A stretch of DNA of 60,386 bases, filler included, from Squatina squatina (GCA_031763465.1; 3 parts of 3 records of this genome joined end to end with filler, not necessarily neighbours in it), one strand, 5' to 3'. Numbered from the whole stretch's first letter, positions 1 through 12,952 are shown. Numbers and translations are program-made. The notes: generated from the sequence alone by a model not told the origin.

Positions 1-1541
1 CATTTAAGAAATAATCGGATGCTGAAATGGGAGACTTTGAAATTCTTTCTGGATGGCTGAATTAAGATGGACTGAATGGCTTTCCTCATCCACAACACTA
101 TCTTGTGGCATTGAAAATGCACGCAGTTGTGAAAGGGGCCAAATAGTTTGATTTTTCTTCCAAAACTTACGTCAGTTTTTTAAAGGTTTAGTGTTGAAAG
201 GCTTCCAACTTTGAGCAAGGGTGAAGAGAGAAGGCTGAAGTTTAACATGAAAATAATGAGTTTGTTGGCAAGAGGGAGAGCCCTGTGTGAACCACACAAG
301 GGCCTAAGAATTTGCAGCAATGGGAAGAGGCTGTTGGGTGACAATTTTTAAGAATCGGCCTGTTTTCTTGCCACGTCTCAATCCTTTTTCTGCAGATATT
401 CTTCTAATTGTCCCTGGACCAAGTTAAAATTGTCCACTTTGCTGTCCCCTCCCAGTGATGAATTCACCATGCCTAAGTAGATGTTTATAAACATTGTTTG
501 CACTCGACTTACCAAATTTACTTCCTGCATTTTTTGGTACTTGAGCAAAATGTTGAAGGCAGTCATGTACAGTGCAGCCCTTCTCCAAAATAGGTGATTG
601 CAGGGTCTCCGTGCAAGTTGCAAATAGTGGTTTTATACTTTTGCTTGTGGAGGAATCATGAGAAATCTCAACATCTATAAACGGGTTTCACAGTCGAGCT
701 AAGTTGATAATTTTTTCAAAGTGATGCTGTATTTTAGCACCTCAACCTTTTTGACAACCTGTGTTCTGAATTGTTGTAACTTGCTCTTAATCTAAGTGGA
801 TGTCTTCTGCTTCCTGCCAGATAAATGCATGCTTTGTCTTGAGCTGTCTGTGAACATGTGTTATAATTGATAGAATACAGTCCACTAATACTGTTAGCAC
901 ACCCCTGCACTCCAAAGAACTTGTTAGAAATTGACCTGATTTTGAGAAGTTCTGGCACCCTACATGAACACATCAGCAATAATAAATTAACAATTACTGG
1001 TGGTTTTTATTGGGTAAATTAAGTACAAATAATGTGTGCTCCACTTTCATGTTATTAAACAGGATAACTTCTGCAATAATAGCACACTAAAAACAAAGAC
1101 ACTGCTTGTGAATAACTCCTGGAAGTGCAGTCAATGACCAGTTGACCAATACATCTTAGAAAAGTTCACATTGCACGTTTGTAATTTCGTAACATCAGAA
1201 TTTTACAGTTTATTCAAAGCATATTTGGAAATCAGTGCCCATTAGATATAAAACATCATTGATCCTTACTGAAATAGTCAAAATACGAAAAAACATAGCT
1301 CAATAAATTTTACCCGTAGAGGCTTTTGTACTGAGACCTAAAACTGGGTTGCTGTCCAGTCGCACTGAATGTTGCAAACAACTTGCTGTAGTTTGTCATT
1401 CGTTTAATGTCATGTGCTTGCATATTAAAGAAGTTTTGTTTTGCATTTTACATTTGTGCATGACAGCATGTGTTTCTATTGCTTTTATTACACTTTTTTC
1501 CTAATTGTTTTGATGTGCTCTCTTGCTTGGTATGCATGCAG

Positions 1542-1688
1542 TAATTCGTATCTGCTAGCAATAGGCAGAAGTAGCAGTGCCAGAGATCTCCCAGCCAACT
1601 CTTCCTCAGCCATCAGCTTGGATCCTACTAATTCTAAGTCTAGGCAACCAACATCAACTCAGTATTCGTCTTACAACGTCTACAAAAG
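1542..1688 (+). CDS. PPP1R12A: PPP1R12A (MYPT1) central Ser-rich exon, probably an alternative cassette exon
   Basis: Acceptor tgcatgcag| and donor |gtatag. The 147-nt exon is phase 2-2 and reads (S)NSYLLAIGRSSSARDLPANSSSAISLDPTNSKSRQPTSTQYSSYNVYK(R/S), resembling the fish MYPT1 GRSSSxRDLPA segment (recalled). It lies on the same strand upstream of a clear PPP1R12A exon. Confidence 0.6.
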
Positions 1689-2034
1689 GTATAGAAACAT
1701 AGAAACATAGAAACATATAACATTGATCTGTTTGAAAAGGCAGTCACCATAGTTTGGCAAGAATGCTTCTTTGTGTGCTTCAAGCTCACTTCAGAGTGTG
1801 TGTATGGTTGTGCTCTCACTGTTGTACTGTCTTCCCCTTATATTTTGATTGAGGTACTGACATTATCAGTACAGCAAGTACAGCATCAGTTTCCAGTCTG
1901 ATAACCTTGCCGGTAGTGTCGGCGTATACGAGTTCCAAAGTCTTTTTAAGTCCTGCGAAGATTTTGTTTGGGAGCAGAAAATATATAGCAGGTTTGCCAC
2001 CACATGAAAATTAAAAAGACAAGGTTTCTGTTTT

Positions 2035-2140
2035 GGGTATCGATCCTTCAGTTCTGTTGAAGGGTCTGTCCCCCAAACAGTAACTTGTGTTGAATTTTCT
2101 GCAATTTAATTTCAGGTTTCCAATATTTGTAGTTTTTAAA
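2035..2140 (+). mobile_element. Degenerate Penelope-like element terminal fragment
   Basis: cttcagttctgttgaagggtc...aaac matches the 38725-38850 copy; the hammerhead core is mutated. Confidence 0.45.
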
Positions 2141-2451
2141 AAATCTGTAGTTTCTTTTAATTTATTTCGATACTTTTTGTGGACGACAATGATTTGTGTA
2201 TTAACAGTTTTGGTAATTGTGGTCCTGGGGAAAGGGGGAATTTATGTTTCGCCTGACGTGACCTTTTTGTACAAAGGTCCTCCATGAGTTAATTGTGACC
2301 TTAGCAGTAACCTGGGTTGCTCTGCATTTCCATTGCAACTTCACAAAAGATGCATCTTGATCGTTGCAGTGGTCAGAATGCTGACGGTGGTGTGTCTCTA
2401 ACTTGGGGTACAGCTGGTACAGCTACTGACCCAGTGCATTGCATTCTTGCC

Positions 2452-2600
2452 AGATAGCAACTATCAAAAGGGAATTGAAGGGAAAAAATCTGCAGGGCTC
2501 TGGGGAAAGAGTGGGACGAATTGGATAAATCTACCGAAGAGCTGGCACAGGCAGGATAGGCCGAATGGCAGCCTCCTGTACTGTATCATTCTATGATTCT
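2452..2600 (+). mobile_element. CR1-type LINE 3' end
   Basis: ggccgaatggc...cctcctgtactgta followed by a (TTCTATGA)n tail, typical of shark CR1. Confidence 0.7.
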
Positions 2601-4907
2601 ACAAAAATAGGTGTGGGGCATTCTAATATGTGCATCATGACATGTTGCATTTTGCCCGTATTCTCTTGGTGTTGCATGGAGCTGACACATTGGGACCGTT
2701 TAGTGTTCCTGGACGTTTGGGAAATCCTGGGAACCGCACCGAGAGGAAATTCGGTTGGGGAGTTGATTTCTCCTAAGGGAGTCTGATTTTCCATCCATTT
2801 AAATTAATGGTTTGAACGTTGAGCAGACTCTGTAGAGATATTCAATTCTCCTTGCTCGATATTCCTGTTTCTGCCGTACCCTGGTGTTCCAGTATGCTCA
2901 AGAGCAGGAAAATCTGGCCCAGTATTATTCCATGTACAGACGATCCTTCTCGGTGTCGCACAGCCAAAAAAGCAGTTCCTGGTCTGATTGCCCTACACAA
3001 TTTTTGCACTGCATGTGTTGTGGAAGGATTAAAAAAAATCAGTGAAGCAAGTATGGTTTACACATCTATCGACAATCAACCTACTTTAGTTATGTCCTGC
3101 CANNNNNNNNNNTTGGTATCCTATCAAACATTAGATTGTTGAAACTCCGCCCGGTGTCCAGCTGAGTGACACATTGAGCACTTGCAAATGTCCATTGGAT
3201 CCTTGCCAAACAAAGCACTGTTTTCCGATCTTTCTGCAATTTAGCTGGTTGGAATGGTTACTTTCTGTCTTTGCACTATCACTGCACTGTATTGATCTAT
3301 ATTTTAAAGATTTCTTTTTACAAAACTGATTTGCCCAAACCCATTTATCTTGCCTGCAAGGATGAAATGCAAACCTCAATCTAAAACCACTTTATTGTAC
3401 TTCTACCAAACTTCAGTAGCTTCCTGTAATCTGACACGTTCTTTTGAAAGTGTGCATCCAATTACTTGTATTTTCAGTCTTGGGGCTGAAAGAACTTTCG
3501 GACAAATCTTGCCAAAATCTCGATGTTGCAGAAAGGCTAACCTTTATTACGCTGGAAAAGCAAGAACATAGATAATTGTGGCGATGTTTTAAAGTTAACA
3601 TTTTAACAACCAAAATCACCATTTGAGCACAAAAACTGATAGTGCAAATAAAAAACTTTGTGCTGGTGGATTTCTGTACATATCTTCCATCAATGCATTT
3701 GACTCTTTGAATCGTTTCCATAGCCACCTGTGGCAATCCTGTTCCACACACTCGAACCATTGTTCANNNNNNNNNNNNNNNNNNNNNNNNNNNNNNNNNN
3801 NNNNNNNNNNNNNNNNNNNNNNNNNNNNNNNNNNNNNNNNNNNNNNNNNNNNNNNNNNNNNNNNNNAGAGCATATTGACTATGCTAAGCAAAGCTTATGT
3901 CACCCCTGAAAAACTAATTTAAATTTTGTGCAAAGTCAAATTTATCCATTTCAACTTTTTAAAAAAAAAAGACAATTGTTAAGAAACTTAAAGTTAAAGT
4001 TTGTCCATCTTTATTTCAGGTTTGCATTTTCCCCCATGTTTGTTTGGCTCTCTAACATTTTTAATAAGTTAGAATTGTCAGAACTTGCCCACTTCCTGGT
4101 TCGATGTCTCTGATAATTCTGCATTTTGATTGGCTTCTTAGACAGCTCTTTGCTGAGAATCCCCATTAACTTCTGTTGATTTCAATTACGTGTTGGAAAA
4201 GCTGCAGTTCCCGACACGGAGATCGTGAGATCTTTGTGCGACACTTACTTTGGAGCCAGCGGCTTCACCACTCGGGGCCATGATTTCTATCTGGTGGGGA
4301 GCTAACTGCCTGGTTAGGCTCAGGAGTGTTCAATCCAAGTTACGGTTACTACCTTTGCCAAGTTCAAGAAAGTGACTCAACAGAGGAATTGTACCCTCCC
4401 CACGCATTACTGTTTGGATCTACAAATTTAAAAAGTTATGTGCTTCTATTGAACTATTTTGAATGAAGACATAAAACGTACGTCTTTGGATTCATCTGAG
4501 GGGATGCTACAGTAACTGATGAAAATGACTGAAGATCATTAGTTGCTTGCCTGCCTTTGGTGGATCTTCCTCTGTTGTTAAATGAGCTTTTTGTCCATAT
4601 ACCAATTGCCTTCCTGTCTGCTGTGATTTAGTGATATGGAGTCTATTGGTTTTAATGTGCTTTAAGAATAGCTGAGTTGTCTTGATCTCTTTGGAAGGGG
4701 TAAATGTAGAAGATTTCTCCTGAAGCGCTGTGGGAAAGGGGAGATTGCGACTGACAAAAGTCTTCGTCGGTCAGTGATCACAGTGACTTTTTTTTAAAAA
4801 ACCACCATTTTATAAACGACACTTAATCTGTATTATGCCGACCGTGACCTGATGTGAAGAATGAGGGAGATGCTGCTAAACATACACTACCTGACATTGT
4901 TTTTCAG

Positions 4908-4955
4908 AGGCAAGAAAGGATAGCTGATCGGTCGCTGCTAGAGATGGAGAAAAGG
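4908..4955 (+). CDS. PPP1R12A: PPP1R12A (MYPT1) C-terminal coiled-coil exon
   Basis: tttttcag|48 nt|gtaagc encoding RQERIADRSLLEMEKR (human MYPT1 RQERFADRSLLEMEKR). Confidence 0.92.
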
Positions 4956-6079
4956 GTAAGCTTCAAATGACAATGCACTTTTGGTGGGATCCAGTTTTGC
5001 AATGCAGTTCTCTTAGAGNNNNNNNNNNNNNNNNNNNNNNNNNNNNNNNNNNNNNNNNNNNNNNNNNNNNNNNNNNNNNNNNNNNNNNNNNNNNNNNNNN
5101 NNNNNNNNNNNNNNNNNNAAGAGGATTCTGACTGCTGTTGATGCCATTGCATGATAACTGATCAACTCTGAACTCGTAGCGCAGTCATTCAGCAAAGTGA
5201 GTCATGAGAAGATAGGAGTGACCGACAAGGCTCCCACCTTTTAACAGAATCCTCTTGTGAACCTGTTTAATGTCTTTATATATGGATATCTAAATATATA
5301 TATATGGCCATTTTAACAGAAACTAAAACTGCTGAAGAAATGGAATGACTGAAAATCTTGTTTACAGTAATATGAGGAAAGTGTTTAAGGGCAGAAGCGC
5401 CTCAGATATTAAACCGATAAGCCTTACTTGTACATAAAACACTTGTGTCAACAAACTGCTTTCATTTTCACAACAAAGACAGTTAAGAATACAACACAAT
5501 TTTACTGTGCCACAGAATTGTTTTCCTCCTTCACATGCTTTAAAAGTATTTAATATGTGCTTAACCACCCATGTGCCAGTTCAAGTTGGGACAGTATTCA
5601 CAGAACTATTCCGCTTTGAAAATGATGCATCCAAGCCCGATAGAGGAGGTAGCTGCAAATCGTGATTTGACCCTCCATGTTGATCAGCTAGACTTGGTGA
5701 AACATTTGCTTTCACTGTTTGTGCAATATGCATTTCTTTATAAGATGCTTTAACAAGTCAGTTGAAGTAGATTTATTTTACAAAATGTTTTTAAAATTTT
5801 AAAGTAATTGAATTCATTTAATTAATTTGAAATGCACAATTCTTTTTAAAAAAAAAATATATATATATTTTTGGCGCTTGTGCGGTTTTCGGGGTATTAC
5901 AAATGAACGTAATCACCATTAGTATGAATGGGAATACGCTTAACTGGCTTGGCCGAGCCCGACCACGTGACTCTATCCACACCTGCGATCCGCATGCATG
6001 GATGGGACGCATGGGCCTCTAGGCACTGGATCTGTAGAGGCCAAGAGGAAGTCTACGAACCTACCAGGACCCACGGTAA

Positions 6080-6157
6080 GAGAGATTAATGGGTATGATC
6101 TGATAGCCATTACAGAGACATGGTTACAAGGAGATCAAAGCTGGGAACTCAATGTTC
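6080..6157 (+). mobile_element. CR1 LINE ORF2 endonuclease fragment
   Basis: INGYDLIAITETWLQGDQSWELN, the APE domain ITETW motif. Confidence 0.8.
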
Positions 6158-6257
6158 NNNNNNNNNNNNNNNNNNNNNNNNNNNNNNNNNNNNNNNNNNN
6201 NNNNNNNNNNNNNNNNNNNNNNNNNNNNNNNNNNNNNNNNNNNNNNNNNNNNNNNNN

Positions 6258-7510
6258 CTTAAAAAGTGCATATACATGAAACGATTTCTTGGCAAAGAGT
6301 GGTGTTTTGAATGGTAAGCGGTACTTTTGATTTGGGGATTTCAAAATTCACAGATGCAGAAATGTGCATCAAAGATTAACGAGAGGTTTCTCACTGTTTT
6401 GCATACTGTGAGTCACATCCATGCCATTTAAGTCCTTGCCAAAGTAATCTCACTCAAACGAGCATTTGTTTGGGAAACCTAACCTGGTCCTCACCTACCT
6501 TTTTTTTTAGTTTTGTATCCATGGTGGTGTTGGGGCTGATGGGCAGAGTCGCTGGAAGTTGGGAAACCATCATTGTGTCAGAAGTCCAGAAATCAAAACG
6601 CACTTCCTATATTTTGGTGGCCTTTTTTAAAAGAAAATGATTTCAGTGAACACTCTTACCGTTAGACCGAAATCGTGCATCACCCCGAGTTTATTTTGAA
6701 TATATATATTTAAACGTCAGTACGATTTCATACGGCACATACTATATGTCAAATAAAACCACTGAAAGAGTTCAAACATGCGGAGTCATTGTACATTGTA
6801 AAGCTTGCAGTAGTCATTGTATTATCATTAAATATATTGTATTAAATGTGAATTTATACCCCTTCATAAAAAAAAAACACAGTTCTTGTGTTACATCGCT
6901 TATCGTAGTCTTCTGGTAAATGGGGCATAATGCCCCTGCGTCATTGAGGCGTGATGTTTTCTGTTAATTGGTTTTATGCAGTTGTGGGTTCGTACTCTTA
7001 CTACCAATCTCAGGAGTTTGATTTTACAAAGGTACCAAGGAAACTCGATTTTCATATTCAGATGGTATTAGGACTAAGTGATTGTTGGGTTGAGATTACC
7101 AGTGGTGCGTGACATCTTACTGTGGTTTGACACATACGCAGAAATAACGATGGCAGAGGGTTTGAATGCTGGTTCGCCACAGTGCTCTGAGTGTGTGACT
7201 GACTGACAGGCGAGCAGATTGCGGAATGTGTTGGGTGCATGTGCAAAAATTACCGTAGATGTTTCTAATATTTTAGTGTTTTATATTTAGGCTATTTATT
7301 CTTTATATTCGGAATCCATGATGTGGCCGGCGTGCTGTGCCAGTTTTATTGGTAGTATTGAGCAGACGGTGCATCTGCATGAAGCTGATTGCAAAAACTT
7401 CCAACTATTTTCTGAAAATTGTATTTTGACATATACAAATAAAAATTAAAATGTTGACTTAGTGCCATATTTATTTGACCACGAGCTGAATAATAAAATA
7501 CGCAAGTATA
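6258..7510 (+). other. PPP1R12A: Probable PPP1R12A 3'UTR with polyadenylation signals
   Basis: Repeat-free AU-rich tract downstream of the last visible exon, with AATAAA at 6752, 7438 and 7492. The stop-codon exon is not present in the assembly. Confidence 0.4.
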
Positions 7511-8016
7511 ACCTTGGCTTTCAAATTATTGCACCAGCCTTGAGTGTTCATGCGTGCTTCTTTGCTAAGAGGAAGGTGCGTGACTTGTCTCGATTGTACT
7601 CTGCAGAGCATGGGGTGTCAGGTAAGATGTGTAATTGAGAAATCACAATTTGTAGAAGGCTTCGGTTCTGAAATCTACATCCTTATTGTGTCCTGTACCA
7701 GGGGTGTCCAAACTTGCAATCCTTGGTTCTGATGAACTCAGAGCCCCATTCACCCATCTGTTTCTTTNNNNNNNNNNNNNNNNNNNNNNNNNNNNNNNNN
7801 NNNNNNNNNNNNNNNNNNNNNNNNNNNNNNNNNNNNNNNNNNNNNNNNNNNNNNNNNNNNNNNNNNNCCCACTAGTCTTTGCTCGTGTTTAATTCTGTGT
7901 TCGGCTTAATTCTGATTTGGATATTGGACTGAATTTGCTGTATGCCCAATATATTTCTGTTGAGCAGTGTCTCTGTAGATAATTCAATCATTACCAAAAA
8001 GCTTTACACAAGAGCA

Positions 8017-8310
8017 TCATAGGAGCAGGAGTCGGCGATATGGCCCCTCGAGCTCACTCCGCTGTTCAGTAAGATCATGGCTGACCTTCGCCCTCACCTC
8101 CACTTTTCTGCCTGATCCCCAAATCCCTTGATTCCCCGAGAGTCTAAAAATCTATTGCTCTCAGCCTTGAGTATACTCAAGGACAGCATCCACAGCCCTT
8201 TGGGATAAAGAATTCCAAAGATTCACCCTCCTGAGTGAAGAAATTTCTCCACTTCTGTCCTAAGTAGCCAACCCTTTATCCTGAGACTGTGCCTGTAAGT
8301 CTTGAGAATT
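8017..8310 (-). mobile_element. CR1 LINE 3' end
   Basis: ataggagcaggagt...aagatcatggctga...gaattccaaagattcac, the reverse CR1 tail. Confidence 0.75.
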
Positions 8311-8787
8311 TCGCCATTGATGAGGGACAGTTTTAGGTTGCATTTCATTTCTGGTATAATAGAAATTTAATACGAAAGTTATTTTATACTTCAGTTTCAA
8401 AACCAGCAGGTGGTGCTGGCTACTGCCAGCTTTTCTGCACTGCAACTACCTTTGTCCTGTGTATATGCAGTTCTCTTAACTGAGTGCACTTTCTGCTGGG
8501 TAATTTGAGAAACTAATCACCTGACTGGTGCACTGAGCATTTTGCACACATGGTTCTTATTCTGTTTCTATCGCATGCCATTTCTACATTTAAGGGAAAA
8601 ATTCCTGTGATCCAAGTTTTTCTTAAAAACACAAAAGACCCTTGCGTTGCACTGAGGAAAAACAAATCTAATTAACACTTGATTTACCACTGGCTATTTC
8701 CAATAAGCTACAAAAATTAATGCAGCAAAAACCTTTGAAAAATCCTCTGCACTGGCTGACTGAGCAGTAGCGCGTGTGTGTGTAATT

Positions 8788-9273
8788 GTCAGCTGTGGTT
8801 CATTTGGCAGCACCCTGGCTTCCGAGTCACAAGGTTGTGGGTTCAAGTCCCACTTAACGACTGAGCACCCTTTGGGATAGAGAATTCCAAAGATTCACAA
8901 CCCTCTGAGTTGTAACTTTGAGAGACTTGAGCACAAAAGTCTAGGCCGGCTCTCAGTGAAGTGCTGCACTGACAGAGGTGCCGTCTTTCAGATGAGACAC
9001 TAAACCGTCTGCTCTCTCTAGTAGATGTGAAAGATCCTGTGGCATGATTTCTAAGAGGAGCAGGGGAGTTCTCCCTGGTATCCTGATCAATATTTATCCC
9101 TCAATCAACATCACTAAAAACAGGTAATCTATTTGTGGGAGCTTGATGTGTGCAAATTGGCTGCTGCTTTTCCTAAGTTACAACAGTGACTACACTTCAA
9201 AAGAATTTAATTGGCTGTAAAGTGCTTTGGGACGTCTGGTGGTAGTGAAAGGTGCCATATAAATGCAAGTCTT
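8788..9273 (+). mobile_element. Near full-length tRNA-derived Deu-domain SINE (SacSINE1-like)
   Basis: tRNA-like head (gggttcaagtccc), Deu core (gtgccgtctttcagatgagac...aaagatcc...ggggagttctcc) and 3' end tataaatgcaagtctt. Confidence 0.85.
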
Positions 9274-9709
9274 ATACATTTTATATAGAAAAATATATCG
9301 TTCTTGAATAAAGGTAGGCGATTCTTCGTCTGAAACAAAGTGGCACCAATGTCCTTGCAGGCAGGGCAGTAGTTATATTTAAACAAATGGATGACGGGGA
9401 GGTTTGAGACTAGAGAAGGAAAGCAGCATTAAGAAAACTTGGAGTAGAAGCAGGAATATAATGAGAAAATTTGGACCAAGGTAACATCTTTGTGAGCAGC
9501 TGTTTAAATTTGTCCCCACCATTGCTGTTCATACAGTTTATTTAAAATGCTTATGAAGTTGAGNNNNNNNNNNCCCCAATCTCCAGGGCACCCTCTATTC
9601 CACTAGTCTGGAACTCTTTTTCCTTCCTTCCACCACCCTACCATTTCCCACACCAATCATACATCAACCGTTCTTGACTGTCAATGCAGTTACTGTTGAA
9701 TGAAAGGAA

Positions 9710-9880
9710 GTTTCCTGCTGTGGGGCTCCCTGTTCACAAAAACTGAACTGAGACTGGCCAACCTCATTTCACACAGGGTGCCTACCATCAGTGGATAGAG
9801 ATTTCCAGTGCCATCGGTCTGGGCTGGATTTGAACTTGGGTCCTCGGTGAAAAGGCTGACTTGTTGGTCAGGCTGGTGTC
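9710..9880 (-). mobile_element. LF-SINE-like fragment
   Basis: Minus strand gccttttcacc...gttcaaatccagcccag...tgtgaaatgag.ttgg...gtctcagttcagtt matches the recalled LF-SINE 5' consensus. Confidence 0.6.
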
Positions 9881-9994
9881 TAATGCACATGGAAACCCAG
9901 CATCATGTTCGAGAGCCTCTAAACCAAGCTACTGTGGAAGTACATGTGTGGAGTTGCTATTCAGCTGGTGTGGAAATACACACCCAGCCCAAAG

Positions 9995-10517
9995 AGAGTG
10001 ATGCAGCACAGAAGGAGGCTATTTGGCCCATTGTACCTGTGCTGGTTTTTTGGTCGAGTTATCCAATTCACCCCAGTCCCCCGCTTCTTACATATAGCCC
10101 TGTAAAAAATTTTCCCTTCAAATATTTATCCAGTTCTCTTCTGAATGTTGCTATTGAATCTGTTTCCACCAGGTAGTACGTTCCAGATCCCAACAATTTA
10201 CTGTGCAAAATAATGTTCCCTCATGTCACCTCTGGTTCTTTTGCTGGTTACCGTAAATCTGTGTCTTCTGGTTACCGACCCTTCTGCCACCGGAAACAGT
10301 TTATCCTTATTTACTCTATCAAAACCAGTCATAGAAACATAGAAACATAGAAGATAGGAGCAGGAGTAGGCCATTCGGCCCTTTAAGCCTGCTCCGCCAT
10401 TCAATTAGATCATGGCTGATCTTCCAACTTCAGTACCCTATCCCTGCTTTCTCCCCGTATCCCTTGATCCCTTTAGCCTTAAGAGCTATGTCTAACTCCC
10501 TCTTGAATATATTTAAT
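9995..10517 (-). mobile_element. Two adjacent CR1 LINE 3' ends
   Basis: RT C-terminus FDRVNKDKLFPVAEGSVTRRHRF; second tail with (catagaaa)n. Confidence 0.8.
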
Positions 10518-10617
10518 NNNNNNNNNNNNNNNNNNNNNNNNNNNNNNNNNNNNNNNNNNNNNNNNNNNNNNNNNNNNNNNNNNNNNNNNNNNNNNNNNNN
10601 NNNNNNNNNNNNNNNNN

Positions 10618-10897
10618 CCGCACTGTCGGAGGGGCAGTACTGAGGGAGTGCCGCACTGTCGGAGGGTCAGTCCTGAGGGAGCGCTGCACTGTCGGAGGGG
10701 CAATACTGAAGGAGTGCCGCACTGTCGGAGGGGCAGTACTGAGGGAGTGCGGCACTGTCGGAGGGGCAATACTGAAGGAGTGCCGCACTGTCGGAGGAGC
10801 AGTACTGAGGGAGTGCCACACTGTCAGAGGGACAATACTGAAGGAGTGCCGCACTGTCGGAGGGGCAGTCCTGAGGGAGTGCCGCACTGTCGGAGGT
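10618..10897 (+). repeat. 33-bp minisatellite (~8 copies) derived from a Deu-SINE internal segment
   Basis: Unit cactgtcggaggggcagtactgagggagtgccg; it runs directly into the SINE body at ~10890-11070. Confidence 0.9.
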
Positions 10898-11522
10898 GCC
10901 GCCTTCTGGGTGAGATGTTAAACTGAGACCCCATCTGCTCTCTCCGGTGGATGTAAATGGTCCTACTGCATAGTTCAAAAAAGAGCGGGGAGTTAACCCT
11001 GGTGTCGTGAGCCAATATTTATCTGTCAACCAACATCTCCGATTAACTGATCATTTATCTCATTGCACAAGCTTGCATATGGCACATGACTGGACGAGTA
11101 CGGTTTTGAGGATTCAGTAACAAGCACTGGGATTCAAAGTGACTGAATGTGATGGGTGACTGCTTCTGTGAACCGCCGCTAATGCGGCGATTGCTGCTCT
11201 GCAGATGAATTGAAATCCCCTCTGGAATGTGTCTGTGGAATGCTTCTCATTGCCAAATTGTTATCACATGCTGATTGATGGAAGTATTTACTGGCAGATG
11301 TCGACATGTTGGCTATTTATTTTCAGCCACAGGTCAGCTTGCGAGACGGGATTTTTTTTGTGAGCGTGGGGTGGGATTGTAAGAGGTAAAACTGCAGCAG
11401 TTTGGAGAATTTTATGCAATCCNNNNNNNNNNNNNNNNNNNNNNNNNNNNNNNNNNNNNNNNNNNNNNNNNNNNNNNNNNNNNNNNNNNNNNNNNNNNNN
11501 NNNNNNNNNNNNNNNNNNNNNN

Positions 11523-11869
11523 GGTACCGACCCTCCTGCCAGTGGAAGCTGATTCTCCCTACCTACTCTCTCAAATCCCTTCATGATTTTGAACACCTCT
11601 ACTAAATCTCCCCTTAACCTTCTCTGCTCTGAGGAGAACAATCCCAGCATTTCCAGTGTCTCCACATAACTGAAGTCCCTCATCCCTGGTGCCATTCTAG
11701 TAAACCACGTCTGTACCCCCTCCACGACGTTAACAGCCTTCCTGAAGTATGGCACCCGGAATTGAACACAATACTCCAGCTGGGGCCTAACCAGTGTTTT
11801 ATAAAGGTTTAACATAACTTCCTTGCTTTTGTACTCTATGCCACTATTAATAAAGCCAAGAATTCGCAA
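11523..11869 (-). mobile_element. CR1 LINE RT C-terminal fragment
   Basis: LYKTLVRPQLEYCVQF...LGLFSSEQRRLRGDLVEVFKIMKG. Confidence 0.9.
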
Positions 11870-12122
11870 TGTTTTTTCAACAGCAATTTTAATCTATTTA
11901 TATTATATACGCTTACAGATTCACACCCACAAACAGCCCAATTCTCTGCCGTGAGTTTGCAGCTTGCTACCACACTGTGACAGTCTCAATACCCTGCTTT
12001 GCTTCCTGTTGCATTAACTTGANNNNNNNNNNNNNNNNNNNNNNNNNNNNNNNNNNNNNNNNNNNNNNNNNNNNNNNNNNNNNNNNNNNNNNNNNNNNNN
12101 NNNNNNNNNNNNNNNNNNNNNN

Positions 12123-12302
12123 TGTGTGATTTTTTTTTTACGTCCACCTGAGAGAGCAGACGGAGCCTCGGTTTACCGTCTATTCCAAAAGACGGCACCT
12201 CCGGCAGCAACGCACTGGAACATCAGTTCAGATCCTGTACTTCAGCCCTGGCACAGGCTTTGAGCCCCCAACCTTCTGCTCCCCACTGAGCCCCAGCTGA
12301 CA
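12123..12302 (-). mobile_element. Deu-domain SINE 5' fragment
   Basis: ttacgtccacctgagag...aaagacggcacctcc...cagctgacac, the reverse of the 8788 element. Confidence 0.7.
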
Positions 12303-12952
12303 CGTAACTATCTGGCAAAGATTGCCCTTGTGCCATTCTAAGTGATGTTTATACACAAGTGTCTGTTTTACAAGTGAAGATTTGATGAAGTCGGAATTGA
12401 CTTGAGTGATTGAAAAATATTGCACTCAGCTCTCGAAGCGTGCAATTGGGTTGAGGAGTCAGTGGTGGTCATGGAAACAGCCTACTTTAATGAAGCTGAG
12501 GTGGGACTATTACCGTAGCAAATCCAGTGAGGGGTCCTGCCAACATCATGGAGGTAAGCTCGAGAGAACACGGAATCTAATCTGCAATCACTCCCTGCTG
12601 TGTTGTTTTTATTTGCTTTTCTGCAGTACACATTGTACAATCATTTACATGAAGTTAGTGACTTATTGAGTAGCTGGCAATGAGGCTGCCGATGGCTGCC
12701 TATGGGAGGGATGAGAGCATCAGTGTGGCAGGTTAATGACTGCGGGTAAGAAATAGATAACTCTCATAAGAAAAATAATTTACTTGAAGCCGGAGGTAGC
12801 TGTTGTTTGTAATGATATTGCAGTGTTTTGATAGTGGTCAGAATCAATTCCTNNNNNNNNNNNNNNNNNNNNNNNNNNNNNNNNNNNNNNNNNNNNNNNN
12901 NNNNNNNNNNNNNNNNNNNNNNNNNNNNNNNNNNNNNNNNNNNNNNNNNNNN

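Noticed and set aside
378-979. Two 81-aa minus-strand ORFs
   Set aside because: No homology recognised; they are antisense to the presumed PPP1R12A intron.
10618-10897. CRISPR-like array or repetitive protein ORFs
   Set aside because: Head-to-tail repeats with no unique spacers, SINE-derived, in a vertebrate context.
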